Source: Lobosporangium transversale (Eukaryota). From it: 64,000 nt of DNA. Location of the stretch: the NCBI RefSeq assembly GCF_002105155.1, contig NW_019028991.1, forward strand, positions 1 through 64,000. Direction: 5' to 3'. The notes below the pieces were generated by a model. The model did no database searches and was not told the origin of the DNA. It was given only the letters and a program-made list of their open reading frames with translations. The translations under genes were made by a program, and so were the position numbers. Shown here piece by piece: positions 34,471-48,681 of the stretch (within the stretch, counting starts at the first letter, position 1; each line of letters begins with the position of its first letter).

Positions 34471-36522
34471 TCAATCGATTTCCATCTTTGAATTGTTTCC
34501 ATATGATCCTGACGAATACCTCTCGTTGCTCGAATTGCGGTCATGTGATGAAGGCTTGATACGGTAATCCTGTTGGATCTTCTTTAGTGCTGGATATGCC
34601 ATCAATTGCTGCGACACCCCCTCTTCTTGCTTTGAGTCTATTAGAACGGTAGGTACAGCCTCAATAGGATCTTCATCAATCTCAAATGGTTTATTAATCT
34701 TTGCAATCCGACTCTTTTCAGAGATCAATAAGCCTTTGCCGAAATTACGGAAGCAGTAGACCATAAAGACGAGTGTTGCCAATACCAATACCATCGTTAC
34801 AGCAACTAGTGAGACAGTCCCAAAAAAAAAAAAAAACATTAGTAGGCTGACAAGGGTAAAAGACTTTCGTTGAAAGCATCTATTATTCTCATGTTCTCGG
34901 CAAACAATCCAAAAAAAACATACTGAAAAAGGTGAGATACTTGACAGAGTTGATGAACCGTGAGCTGTTCTCTGGGAGCTGCAGATAAATAAGCTGATAA
35001 ATGAAATAGGGTTCAACTGCCATCAAACAGATCATCACAAAGACTGATATAATCCTGTTTTCCTTCATAACGCCAAAGAAGGCAAGAGCAAGAAGAATGA
35101 TCGATGCAGGTATGGCCAAACCAATCAAAAGCTGATGCCGAGCGAGTGTCCTGCCATTACTGAGAGTGGCAACAATTGTCTTGTCCGTAGTGTCAACTAA
35201 TGTGAACATCTGGACTGCATATGCCACAAAAAAGAACACATCGAACTTGAGTAAGGTGATAAGAATTTCGTACCCCTTGTGCATCCCTACAAGTTAGATG
35301 TTGGATTGTGAAGAATCAACATATTAATATGGTTGTCCTGTTGCCTTATTGGGAAATTGGGGCAAAGCTGGTGCCAAAGACTCACTTCTCATGTTCGGAT
35401 CACTAATCGATCATTATAAAGTGTCATAAAAAACGTTAGAAAGATAAACTTCACTTCTTGAAAATTGTTTAGAGTCTCCTAAGGACGGTTGGATAAATAG
35501 AAGGATCACTTACGCGCCTAAGAACCGGTACATCTCCCAGCCAAAGACTTTTGCCAGCTTACAGACTGCATAAATCAAGAAGAGGGTACACACGCCTATT
35601 GTGACAGTGATAGCGACGTTGTAGGCCTTTAGAGGTCCTCCCGTTCCATCGGCTTGCCAGTCATAGATTGTTTGGATGATTCCATCTTATTTCCGAAAGG
35701 GCACAAAAATAAACATGCAAGTTCAAACGAAAAAAAGTGCATACGTTTGTTAGCAACATGTTAAAGTTGTCCCTCACAACAAATGTTCCCCTAATATCCC
35801 TGCTTGACCTGTATCAAAAATAGGAGATCAAGAGGCGGTGTAGTCCGTAATCTTTTGTCTTTGTGTAGACTGTGCATGGAGAGTATGCATGGAATAACTT
35901 ACAAGTAAAGCACAAAAAGTTAAACATTGTGAAGGCGACAACCTGGATCTGATTACGATGGTACATGGCATCTGCGCAGAGTGAGAGTACACTGGCAATG
36001 GCAAGCATGTAGAGGATAGGGTAAATGATGTTGGGAGTGCTGTTGATATTTATTTAGTTAATTTTGTGTATGGGAAGGTAGCGAATAGGAAAAAAAGTCA
36101 GCTTGCAGGTTCCTGAATATGTTTCGTTTCAATTTTTTAAAAAAAAGTTTCAACTTGCCTTAAAGCATTTCCTGCTGGTGGTTGATGGATGCTACAGTAT
36201 AATAGTTATTTATTATGGTTGAATGGGAAGATCGTGGATTTGGTATTGATGAATAATGATGAGCCTCAAAATACTGAAGATAGTGAGGTACTCACTGTAT
36301 GATATGCTCTCGGAGGACTAGAGACTCGAGGACGAGGACACAGATAGACTCGAGTGTTACCAAGGCCATGGTTGCTCGTGGCCATGCTTCGTCAGCACTC
36401 TATCGAATGACAATAGAAGTAAGAGCCGTGGCATAGTCTTAGCAACAGTGTAGGAAAACAGGAATACTTCTTTCTGATGTGTGCGATTTTTATTACACTA
36501 CCCTTTGTATCTTGAGTGGCAT
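34471..36522 (-). CDS. Multi-pass membrane protein, UPF0658 Golgi-type; many small exons (start approximate)
   Basis: Hydrophobic helices plus the motifs DAMYHRNQIQV, KVFGWEMYRFLGA/DPNMR, ILITLLKFDVFFF, GVMKEN, CFRNFGKGL and terminal KMEID. Confidence 0.75.
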
Positions 36523-36921
36523 GATTATGTGTGAAGTTGAAAGAGCTTTATGATGACAATGGAGAATGCAAAGAAAATGGCAAACAGGAATGAGAATTAG
36601 AATAAGGAAACAAAAGATGTTTGGTACACAAGCTTTTGTCACTGTGTTTACCAGTAAGATGGGCTGGGCGGAGTGCATGTTCCTGTGTTTGCACCGCCCT
36701 TCTGTGCCAACGATTTAGTGTAAAAGTAGTGGGATCGGATATGTGCTTCCCTCACCTCTTATTTTGTCTCTTCTCCATACAATCAAGGTCCCCTGATGAT
36801 GACATTTATAATCCTCACAAACCACTCATTACTCAAAAGCAATAGGTTAAAAATACAAAACAAGATATTAAAATTACATTCTGCCATTTTCAAGATGACA
36901 AGGACTACACATCTACATCTA

Positions 36922-38997
36922 TTAATCTTTTCCTTTCCAAAGACCTCGAAACAATCCAATGAGACCACTGAGTCCTTCAGCCTCCTTGTCATTTTTTATA
37001 TCGATCGCGCTGGGCTGGGTTTTTACTTCGGTTTTGCTATTGTTTGTGGTCTGTGCGACAGCCGACCGAGATGACTGTTGGTTCTTTGTACTCTCAGAAT
37101 GCTTTGGTGTGGATGTCACTCGAGATTTATTCTCTGGCAGAGCCTTGGATGAAACAGTTGAAGCCGTAGGCGTAGCCATTGCTGTCCGAGACGAAGCCTT
37201 TGTGTGGAAATTCGACCTTTGTTGAAAACTACTGCTGCCCTGGAAGGCTCGTACCAACCCACCGGCACTACCTAAGGATCCCATCGTACCAGCCGAGGGA
37301 TACCCGCGATGCCCTGTTGGAGCCATTGCATTAGATTTGAGGAAGTTGTTGGCCCAATTTCCAACTGCTTCTAAACTTGATGATGATTTCGGACTCACTG
37401 GCGTTTGAGATTGAGCTTTCATGGGAGACAATGGAGTGTTCTCATTCTCAGATGACAACCCTTTAGAAAGCTCACTATCCATATCACCCAATATCGGTGA
37501 TGAGTCATCAAGGAAAGAAAGCCATTCTGGATCTAATTCTTCTTGCGAAAGATCAAGCTGGGCCATAAGCGTGGGAGAACTATCAGCAGAGATGTTTTCC
37601 AAAAAAGGTGAAGGGGTGATCGATGGACCTGACACTTGCTGCGCTGATGAAACCTTGGTGTCGAAAGGCTGGCATATTTGTGTCGATATTTTAGCGAGGT
37701 TTGGATTGTCAAAAGAACCATGACTTGACCCATCCTCAGCGCTATTGGGGAAGAGAGAGGGCCACGATGTCGAATCATCATTTCCATTGATGAGTGGGTC
37801 ATTATGCGAAGCATGGCGTAGGAAAGGGGAAGCAAGATCGTGGATCATGTCTGTAAACGAATTAGTGATGGTGCTAGCAGAGGATAGAGCTGGTGAAACG
37901 CTTAAATGCTCCATTCGATCGTGCGTTTCTTGGCGTTGGGCTTCATGCTGTTGGAGCAAAAGCTGTTTGCTGTCTGTTTCTGTCAGCAACTCTGATGTAT
38001 GTGCTACCAGCATGTCAAATGAAATATCCAAAAGAGAAGGTGAGGAAAAACGCTGGTGAATTAGATCATCCGCCATGCCGTGGAGAGGTGATGATTGTAG
38101 CGAAGACTTGTCTGTTGTGGCAGGCGATGCAAATGCGTTTGCTGCAGTCTGTGTCCTACTACTGCGATTGTCCTTCCCGTTATCCTTATATCCACAGGAT
38201 GCAAGAAGGTCGTCAATGCTGGCAATGCCAAGTAAGCCAGATGAGGTGAGCCTGTCGCCTCTAATAGGAAAGACGGAGTGACTAGGTACCAAGTCTGTAA
38301 GCATCAGTGGAGGGCTGGTTATAGAAATAGGCGCAGGAACACTTGTCAGAGCAAGTAAAGGCGCCTGCTTTGCATCTAGGATCTGATTCTTACGATGGTT
38401 CTCCAGTAAAGCATTCAAAGCCACTTGATAGACATTATTGGATTCAATCGTTGGAAGGGAGAGCCCATCGCCTGTCAATCCTGGGACCGTCGCCTTGATC
38501 TTACCCAGACCAGTGCCTTCACCTGTCGACTCAAGTAGTGCCAGTGTAGTGAAGATCGGTGAGCTGGACAATGGTGGTGATGGCAAGGATGACATATTAC
38601 AGTCTGACGAGGACGGAGTGCTGACAGTCGATACTGTGTCTGATGGAATGGGGCGTCTGTGGTTGTGATGATGTTGGCGAGTATGAGGATGCCCACCATG
38701 GCTCATGGATTCGATGGTCTCAGCTTCTTCCCATTGCAGCTGCACTGCAACCGGCGCTCGCTGTTTGGTTTCTCGGACCTTGTGTGCCAGTGCCTTGACA
38801 TCTACATCCTGAGCAGAATGTGCTTTTCGCTTTTCTTGCTGCTGTTGCTGATCTTGCTGCGGCTTCTGTTCACTTGCTTTTTTACTCTTTTTAGATTTAA
38901 GGCTGTTTCTGTCGGCATAAGGACGCCAGCGCAGCTTTGCAGGCAGCGGAGAAGGTTCTGTGGCATGCTCCATTAGTGAGAGGACAATGTAATTCAA
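36922..38997 (-). CDS. Ser/Pro-rich, largely disordered hypothetical protein (5' exon probably further upstream)
   Basis: 691-codon open frame; acceptor-like CTCACCTTAG near 39007; no recognisable domain. Confidence 0.7.
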   Translation of the reverse strand: MNYIVLSLMEHATEPSPLPAKLRWRPYADRNSLKSKKSKKASEQKPQQDQQQQQEKRKAHSAQDVDVKALAHKVRETKQRAPVAVQLQWEEAETIESMSHGGHPHTRQHHHNHRRPIPSDTVSTVSTPSSSDCNMSSLPSPPLSSSPIFTTLALLESTGEGTGLGKIKATVPGLTGDGLSLPTIESNNVYQVALNALLENHRKNQILDAKQAPLLALTSVPAPISITSPPLMLTDLVPSHSVFPIRGDRLTSSGLLGIASIDDLLASCGYKDNGKDNRSSRTQTAANAFASPATTDKSSLQSSPLHGMADDLIHQRFSSPSLLDISFDMLVAHTSELLTETDSKQLLLQQHEAQRQETHDRMEHLSVSPALSSASTITNSFTDMIHDLASPFLRHASHNDPLINGNDDSTSWPSLFPNSAEDGSSHGSFDNPNLAKISTQICQPFDTKVSSAQQVSGPSITPSPFLENISADSSPTLMAQLDLSQEELDPEWLSFLDDSSPILGDMDSELSKGLSSENENTPLSPMKAQSQTPVSPKSSSSLEAVGNWANNFLKSNAMAPTGHRGYPSAGTMGSLGSAGGLVRAFQGSSSFQQRSNFHTKASSRTAMATPTASTVSSKALPENKSRVTSTPKHSESTKNQQSSRSAVAQTTNNSKTEVKTQPSAIDIKNDKEAEGLSGLIGLFRGLWKGKD

Positions 38998-39598
38998 TGG
39001 CGAATGCTAAGGTGAGAAGACATGCAACAAAAAAAAAACCGAAGTGAATGAGAATGCTGGAATAAATAGGAAGTAATAGAAAAAGGCTAGAAGAAAAGAC
39101 TGAGAACAAAACTGAACAAGCTGTAAAAAAACGACGTAAAGCCAAAGACGGCTCGAGAGAAAGCCATTCAGGATCCATCTTAATACCAAGCAAAAGCAGC
39201 GTGGCACAAGGATGAAATGAAGATATTATTAAAAATTCCCTTTTTAAGACAGACTTTCTGACACCCGCTCTTTTATATTTTTTTTCCGGGAAGAGCGCCC
39301 TGCGTTTCCGTATTTTTCCCAATCGGAAATGCCAAGTCAGGCTAAATGAAGTTCCCTGTCGTCATGAGTGCGCAGCAAACATTTTTCTTTTATGCAAAAA
39401 GGGAGGCTATGCTGTTTCACTCAATTGACGCTGCAATAAGATCGTCCATGCATGACGCGTGTCGAATATTAGTGATAACCGCAGCACTTTACTTCTGTAT
39501 TAATTTGCACTCTTATTTTACTTGTTTATCATTAATAAGGGGATTGCTGGGTAACCTTGGAACGATGAATATGAGTATCATTTATGAATATTGATTTT

Positions 39599-41077
<1,479 letters not shown>

Positions 41078-42059
41078 GGTGGGAAAGGTGTGATAGGTAT
41101 TCAGAATTAAAGAAAATGGTTGGGAGATGATTATTGGAAGGGAATAAAAAAAAAAGGAGGATCTGTCCTGGTTTTTATAATCGTTGGCTTCAGGGACGAT
41201 TTGTTATTAGACGTTCTAAACGTATTCTCGCTATTCCATCAAACGGTGGCTGAGGATTAGGAATCACGGTGGGTGGCTGACATTTCATTGTAATAAAGTG
41301 AATGTATTTAATTATTAAACAAGGTAAGCAAAAAAAAGCCGCAATTAGCTCTGGCCACTAATCATGCAACCTTTTTTGTTTTCTTGACAAAAGGAAAGAG
41401 AGATGGAGATGGATGTTGCCTGAGAAGTATAAGATTTTAAAGTTGAAATTTACAGTGAGTGAGCGGGCTTAGCAAATATCCTTTTCTAACTTTGTCCTCG
41501 ACAACTTTAATAATTCTTGCCTCATTTGCTTCTCTCTTGTTTCTTCTCTTCTCTTTCTGCCCTTTATGACCCTTAGTAGTCTCGCTCAGCCTTCACCCTC
41601 ATTTTCAGGTGCGACTTCCTTATCTGAACTTGCTGTGGTTCGCAGAACCGTATTTCTTAGCTGTGAGCATGCATAGTACAATTTTTTTTTCTCCTTCACA
41701 TTCAGTTTTGCGCAAAACGAAATCGTTGGTCCCCACACCCCTAATTGTGCTCCAATCATACTCCTAACGGGAGACGCACATGCCGAAGAGGCAAAAACGC
41801 GTAGTCTACGATGCTCTCCTTGTACAACGTATTGGAAGTCAGATATCTGCGCCTCTTCCCAGGCATACATGTTCGTACTTTTCTTGAATCACGAAAGTAT
41901 TGTTCGGCATCAGGACAATAGGTAGGTGATACAATTTACTCCTCTATTCATAGGCGTCAAATACCTTTTTTTTTTGTTGTTGTTGAGAAGCTACGTCTAG
42001 CCCATATCAAACACTTTTTGACCCGCAATCCATCGACTAAAGCTTCTCCTTTATTCCTC

Positions 42060-42093
<34 letters not shown>

Positions 42094-42148
42094 TGTGGTA
42101 TGTTTGATATCCATGTTCAAATTGTAAGAGCAAATATGGTAGAAAGTG

Positions 42149-43604
42149 TTAACGACGGCCACGTTCATATAGCTGAGAGACTTTCGCCATTACATTTAAA
42201 TCCTTGGCAGCTGTCATTGTAAAGCATGGATTCCTTAAAAACTCTCTTCCAGCTGCAATCATATCGGCCTGTCCTTCTTGCAATATCTGTTCGGCTTGTA
42301 TGCCATTGGTGATGTGACCGACTGCAACCACATACAATCCAAAAACTTCCTTCTTAACACGCTCTGCAAAGGGTATTTGATAACCAGGCCTAGCTTCGAT
42401 GACCTGCTGGGCCACGTTTCCACCAGAGGACACATGGAATACATCCACACCCACTTCCTTAACCCATTTCGCAAGTTGGACAGTTTGTTCAATATCCCAA
42501 GAAGGTCCATCGATGACCTTTTCTACTAAGTCAGAGGCGGAGACCCTGAGGAAGATGGGCTTTTCAGCAGGGAAGTTGGCACGGACAGCTTCGATGACCT
42601 CGAGCAAGAAGCGGGCACGGTTCTCAAGCGAGCCTCCATACTTGTCTGTACGCTTGTTGGTGATGGGAGACAAAAAGTTATGAATCAAATATCCATGTGC
42701 TCCATGGATCTCAACCATATCTGCACCAGCGCGAGCAGCACGACGGGCACCTTGGCCGAAAGCATGAATAACTTCCTGAATCTCCTTGATAGAAAGTTCT
42801 TGCGGCGTTACATGTTCATGATCCCACTTATGTTCCTCTCCACCGCTCGGCGCTACGACATCATCGGGCCAAAAGTCTGACTCAGGAAGTGTAGAATAAG
42901 CAGCAGGCATTGAGGCCTTCATTTTTTTTTTTTTTTTTTTTAAGAATTCAAAGCAAAGGTTAGTTTTGAGAATACAGGCAACTTCATTCCGAAGGAAAAA
43001 AAATCATTATGACAACGTTAAGATATAATTTTTACTTTGCGTCCTGCATGGGCAAGTTGGACACCAATCTTGGATCCTTGAGAGTGGACAAATTCAATGA
43101 CTTCCTCCAGTTTATGGATATGAGCGTCCGACCAGATTCCGGCATCCCGTGGGCTAGTTCGACCTCTTTGATTTTATAATAGATAATTTTATTCATTGAT
43201 ATCTTTAGAAAAGCCTCATAAACCCTACTAATCAACTTTTTACCCTCAAGGAGAAGAAAAAGAAAAAGGTCTAACCTTGCCTCAACAGCACATCCTTCTG
43301 TGATAATAAGACCTGCACCATGGATTGCAAACGATCCATAATGAGCCAAATGAAATAAGGTCATGAAGCCATCCTTAGAAGAATACGTACACATTGGTGC
43401 AACAAGCAATCGATTCGCAAACTTTAGGCTCTTCACTTGGAAAGGTTGGAAGAGCAAAGGGATTTCGCATGCTCTAGGCAACGAAGCGTTAATGGGCCCG
43501 AGATAGGTTCCAGTAGCAACTGGCTGATCAATACTGAATCGCTCTTGAGAATAGCCAATGATCTGTTCTTTATCCTTCTCATAAATGATTTTCTGTGGAG
43601 GCAT
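42149..43604 (-). CDS. NADH:flavin oxidoreductase / old yellow enzyme, YqjM-like, copy 2
   Basis: APMCTYS, GVQLAHAGRK, EIHGAHGYL, C-terminal YERG; two introns. Confidence 0.92.
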
Positions 43605-44105
43605 GTTTGCTTCAGTTACTGGGTTTGTTGATGTTTGTGAATTCCTGGTAATATGAGGTGAGACGAGACGGCAGTATGTGGAAATGGATATCTCTTATGG
43701 GAATAAATGATGAAGATTGAAGGGAGAGATAGTGTGGTCGTAAGAGTGCATGAGAACAGTTCTATTTGTAGTCAAGTTAGAAACCAAAGCCATGGGGAAG
43801 GTGATTAGTAAAATGCATGAGACAATAAGGTTTTTTTTCTCAGGAACTCTATTTTACTGCATACAATTTCTTGAACCATGCTGGGCAATAAGTTCCAAAT
43901 CCATTAAGTAGAGTGTCGGAGCTGGTCCTCAAATCACACTATAATTGAAGAGGACACATGCAATTAGATGATTTCATTAAATTAATTTAATAAGACTTAT
44001 TATACAAGATACTAAAAGTTGCCCTAGTCAATCTAAAAAAAACCATACATGTCTAGGAGAGACGTAGGGATCTGAAGGAGAAGAAGTAAAGTCCAAAAGA
44101 ACGAA

Positions 44106-44562
44106 GAGTCCTCGCCAAAAAGTCATAAACTGGATATTGTTTTTAGGCTTTTAAATTGAATAGAATACTTCCATTTTTAAAATTTGTACAAACTCAAAAT
44201 CTTATTTTTTACGGAAGCGTCAACAAGATATTCCTCAGACTCGCTATCCTCTTTCACATCAAACATGCTTCCAGTATCTGGCGTAAGATCCACTGTTTCA
44301 AGAGTGCGAGTAAATTAGGTTGGCAATGAGGATGAGGTAGAAAATGAGATCAAGAATGAAGTTGTCCATTCCTAGCAAATTCTAGTAATTATAATCAAAA
44401 ACGACGATGAATTGATTTGGTGGCCATGGCATCCGATTCATTCATTCTGTTCAAAAAGTATATGAGTTACTGTCTTCGTACGTAGGTTTTTTGTTCTTCA
44501 AATTCTAATTCAAATTGAGTACTTTAAAATATATCCAGTTTATGACTTTTTGGCGAGGACTC
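44106..44562 (-). mobile_element. Tc1/mariner-type deletion derivative with 32-bp TIRs and transposase C-terminal remnants
   Basis: GAGTCCTCGCCAAAAAGTCATAAACTGGATAT (44106-44137) is perfectly inverted at 44531-44562 and resembles Tc1-type ends. TA follows the right end (AA on the left). Internal minus-strand MPWPPNQ and ...SLPT*...SGSYARY resemble a Tc1 transposase tail. Confidence 0.75.
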
Positions 44563-44825
44563 TACATACCCTGCGGAAGCCAGTGTATATATTTTTTACT
44601 GCCAAGGAGCGTTTAGAGATCATCAGCACATAACATATAGCAAAAGTCGTAATAAAGAGTTCGTCTTCTTATTTGTAATATGATGCTTTCTTGCTAAGGG
44701 ATATATTTTACATTCTGATGAGGGATATAGGTATATCTCCTACTTCCATCGTTATTGACTGACAAAAAAGGCTTCTGGCTGAACAACTAAAGCTACCATT
44801 TAAAGTTTTATTATACTTTTCCTTT

Positions 44826-46778
44826 TTAGAAATCACCAATATAAAGCGATCTTGATGACGACGACAAGGTTGGCGATGCAGGACCCGTACAATCCGAACT
44901 GATGTCGCTATGTTTGTTATTATGAATTTTCAATGTCGTTGCTGATAAGTTAGATGTCTGATGTTTGACTCTAACTAGTTTCTTTTCAGACTGATTCGTA
45001 ACCAACTGCGGTGTGATGTCGTCTTTATCGAGCGTTTGATCCAGGTTGACCTGGCTTTGTTTCTCTGAAGATTCCGCCCCAATAGGTAATGTAGTTGATT
45101 CAGTCGTCGTAGTAAAGTATGAGTCCCCCGTTCTGGAGTGGCTATGGGTAATAGGGCTTCGTATAGTAGTTGTTATTCCTGTGGGGTGTAAAGTAGTTGA
45201 CTCTATCCCAATTACCGTCCTACTTTCATCTCTAGATGCTACGTCAGTTGCATGTCCAGCTTTTTGTATACTGAATCCTATTGGTGGAGTAGAGCCCAGC
45301 GACGTGGATGATTGCACATATGTTGTAGGTTCCGGTTTCGCAACATTTTTGCGGCTTTGTTGCCTCTCGATTCGTGTCACCAAATTGACAAAACCAGGAC
45401 GATAATTGTGTGAGCTCGAGTCGAAAATATAGCAAGTAGGTCCGGATGGGGCTTCAGTGTAACATAGAGAGGGCACAGTCGGGGGCGCGCTGATTATAGT
45501 ATGAGACGCAGACGGTTTCTGGCTGCTTTTTATCAGTTTTGCGCCTGCCAGCTGATTTTCAGTCGACGAATCCTTCTGCTCGTGTTGCTCGTGTTGCCCT
45601 TGTTGCTGCTGCTGATGGTGGAGAAATGACTCGGACATGGTCATTGTTGGTGATGTAAGTGGATATTTTTCTATCCCTTGTGTCACTTGTTCAGAGCGTG
45701 AGTGTGGTTCTGAAGGCTGTTCCCCCATTATATGTGGAAGAGGAGGTGGGGAAAGAGCATATATAGGCGCCTTTAAGCTCCCGTTACGAGATGAATAACG
45801 TTGATTGGCTTCAATTGAATTGGTATTGTCAACGCTATATAATGGTATCGGATCGGTTGATGGTGTGGTTGCCGTTTTGCCTTCACGATCTTCTGAGGCG
45901 TCTACTGCTATTGAAGGATCGAAAATATATCGGTCGTGTTTATGATCACTGAGATAATTTTGCTGTTGAACCGACAATGGGATCGGTTCTTGAATATGAC
46001 TCTTAGAGCCCTCTATAGTCCTCTGCCCTAACCTTTGCAATGCATATTTACGTTGGTTTGTGTCACAACGGTAGTGGTCTGGTACCTCAATCCCAACACC
46101 CTGCCTATTGTTATCCTGCTGTTGCGAAACATTTCCATTTTGAACGCCTTCAGCAACATAGCAATCTTCTGGGTCACTGGGCCCAATCTGCCCTCGCTGG
46201 CGACGTCTACGTTGATCATTGTAAGCGCTACTAGACCCACAGAGTCCAAAGATTAGCCCGAAATCGATGAGCCACATTAAGGCGCCCAAGATCCCCATGA
46301 CTGCACAAGCTTTGTCCATCTCTTCGTAACTGTTCTCACATATTGTGCCGGGCGCATATTGACGTCCTTCCTCGTATTCTGGGTGATCCGCAAAGCTGTT
46401 AAGGTTCGATTGACTGCCTTGTGCATGAGTACCGTGTATATCCTCAAATCTCTCGCACAAAATTCCATCTTTGATGTAAATGAACGCTAAGCTCGAGGCT
46501 GTGATCAGCAATCCACAGACAATGAGGCAACATAGCCCATGAAGATAGATCCATTTATGGTTTTCAGGGTGTCGCCGACGGTTAAGAATGGCCCAGCATG
46601 CATAAATGAAAGCAACGCTCCCAGAGATGCATGAGAACAGAGGTTCGTTTGTGAAATTAGAATGAGCTTCCGTTCGATAGTGAAGAAGGAATGCTGCTGT
46701 CGCTAGGATGGAGATGGAGACCGCCAGTTGAATTGCACGAACAACATTATGTACGAAGTTAGAAGATGAGGTAGACAT
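44826..46778 (-). CDS. Membrane protein with N-terminal 4-TM (MARVEL-like) region and long disordered tail
   Basis: 650-aa intronless ORF; VRAIQLAVSISILATAAFLL plus three further hydrophobic helices, with a Cys-containing loop. Confidence 0.75.
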   Translation of the reverse strand: MSTSSSNFVHNVVRAIQLAVSISILATAAFLLHYRTEAHSNFTNEPLFSCISGSVAFIYACWAILNRRRHPENHKWIYLHGLCCLIVCGLLITASSLAFIYIKDGILCERFEDIHGTHAQGSQSNLNSFADHPEYEEGRQYAPGTICENSYEEMDKACAVMGILGALMWLIDFGLIFGLCGSSSAYNDQRRRRQRGQIGPSDPEDCYVAEGVQNGNVSQQQDNNRQGVGIEVPDHYRCDTNQRKYALQRLGQRTIEGSKSHIQEPIPLSVQQQNYLSDHKHDRYIFDPSIAVDASEDREGKTATTPSTDPIPLYSVDNTNSIEANQRYSSRNGSLKAPIYALSPPPLPHIMGEQPSEPHSRSEQVTQGIEKYPLTSPTMTMSESFLHHQQQQQGQHEQHEQKDSSTENQLAGAKLIKSSQKPSASHTIISAPPTVPSLCYTEAPSGPTCYIFDSSSHNYRPGFVNLVTRIERQQSRKNVAKPEPTTYVQSSTSLGSTPPIGFSIQKAGHATDVASRDESRTVIGIESTTLHPTGITTTIRSPITHSHSRTGDSYFTTTTESTTLPIGAESSEKQSQVNLDQTLDKDDITPQLVTNQSEKKLVRVKHQTSNLSATTLKIHNNKHSDISSDCTGPASPTLSSSSRSLYIGDF

Positions 46779-47329
46779 GGCGGTTGGAAGAAAAGTCGGG
46801 GGTTCTTTTTTTTAACCCAGCTCAAATTGTGCTTTCAATGTAGTGGGATATGAATGAGTAGAGTGTATAGCTAGGGGAATGGGTATAAGGATGAGAGAAG
46901 AAAAGAAAGGATCGCAGTGTATGCATTAAATTGAATGATCTCTTCGTCAATGTCGTCAATGACTTTCTTGAAGAGAAAAAGAAGGAAAAAAGGAAAAAAG
47001 TTATTGAAATTGCCGGCCATGTTTGGTTTCAGTTCATATTAGTTTGTCTCGAACAAAATCAAAATACATGTTGCCATAAAGTGATGTAAGACAAGTATAC
47101 AACGGCACTGTGTAGGGTCTGATCTGTTGTTGGCATGCAGATCATGGTAAGCTAAAATCTCGTTACGCAACAAACTTTTACTTGTAAACGTTTTTGTATT
47201 CCTTGTGGATTGTTGGGAGATATATATATTTATTACTTAATATGGGTCACAATTTTGAAATACCACGAAAGGTATCCTATTATATTTTGGCTTGTCTATT
47301 TATCTATTTTTTTTTTTTTTTTTTTTTTT

Positions 47330-48681
47330 TTAACTATAGATGGTGCGGCCGCGAGTATATTGCTGGGAAAACGCAGCCTTGACGTTCAAGTCGCGAGCTG
47401 CATTCAATGCAAACTCTGGATGTCTCAAGAAGCTTCGACCGATGCCGATCAAATCGGCCTTTTCCTGTTCCAAGACTTCCTCTGCCTGCTTCCCATTAAT
47501 GATGATGCCTACTGCAACGATGTGCAATCCAGGCACAGCCTTCTTGATACGCTCTGCGAATGGGACCTGGTAGCCAGGGCCAGCCTTGATCTTCTGCTGA
47601 GCAGTATTACCACCTGAAGAAACATGCAGCACATCTACGCCTGCATCATGGGCCCATTTAGCAATCTGGATTGATTGCTCAATATCCCAAGAAGGTCCAT
47701 CAACGACCTCCTCTACTAAGTCGGAAGCGGAAATTCTAAGGAAGATGGGCTTTTCAGCAGGGAAGTTGGCACGGACAGCTTCGATGACCTCGAGCAAGAA
47801 GCGGGCACGGTTCTCAAGCGAGCCTCCATACTTGTCTGTACGCTTGTTGGTGATGGGAGACAAAAAGTTATGAATCAAATATCCATGTGCTCCATGGATC
47901 TCAACCATATCTGCACCAGCGCGGGCAGCACGGGCAGCAGCGGCACCAAAAGCCTGGATAGTTTCATTAATCTCACTGGGAGTGATTTCGCGAGGTACTA
48001 CATGATGATGATCCCATTGGAAATCAGCACCACCAGTGGGAGCGACGACATTGTCGTACCAGAAATCAGACTCGGCGTGCTTGGTAAATGGGGCCCGAGC
48101 AGAAGCCTGTAAATTTCATATTCAGAAAGAAAAAGATTAAATGAGGTTCTTTCAAATTTAAATTGAGCCACCTGGTATAAGATTGTTGTTTCAAGCCATT
48201 TTACCTTACGACCAGCATGTGCGAGTTGAATGCCAATCTTTCCTCCCTGAGCATGCACAAAGTCCACGATTTCCTTGAACTTGTATACATGAGCATCGTC
48301 CCACAATCCGGCACAACTAGGAGTTATCCTTCCATTGGGCAGGACCGCTGTAGCTTCCTGGATGATCAGCCCTGCACCATTGATCGCAAACGAACCAATG
48401 CTGGCCAAATGGAAATTGGTAAAGAAACCATCTTTAGATGAATACATGCACATAGGAGCGACTACAATCCTGTTAGGAATTGTCAAGTCCTTGACCGTAA
48501 AGGGCTGAAAGAGCAATGGGATCTTGTCAGAGCCAGGGAGCGAGGCATCAATAGGGCCAATGTAAGTGCCAGGGGCAAGGGGCTGTTCAATGTAGTGGTT
48601 CTCTTGGGCGAAGTAAGGCCTAGGATTAGAGGTCAAAGGCTCGTAGGCAGAGGAAGCCTCGGCATTGTTAGTGGATGGCAT
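47330..48681 (-). CDS. NADH:flavin oxidoreductase / old yellow enzyme, YqjM-like, copy 3
   Basis: APMCMYS, GIQLAHAGRK, EIHGAHGYL, C-terminal QQYTRGR; one intron. Confidence 0.92.
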
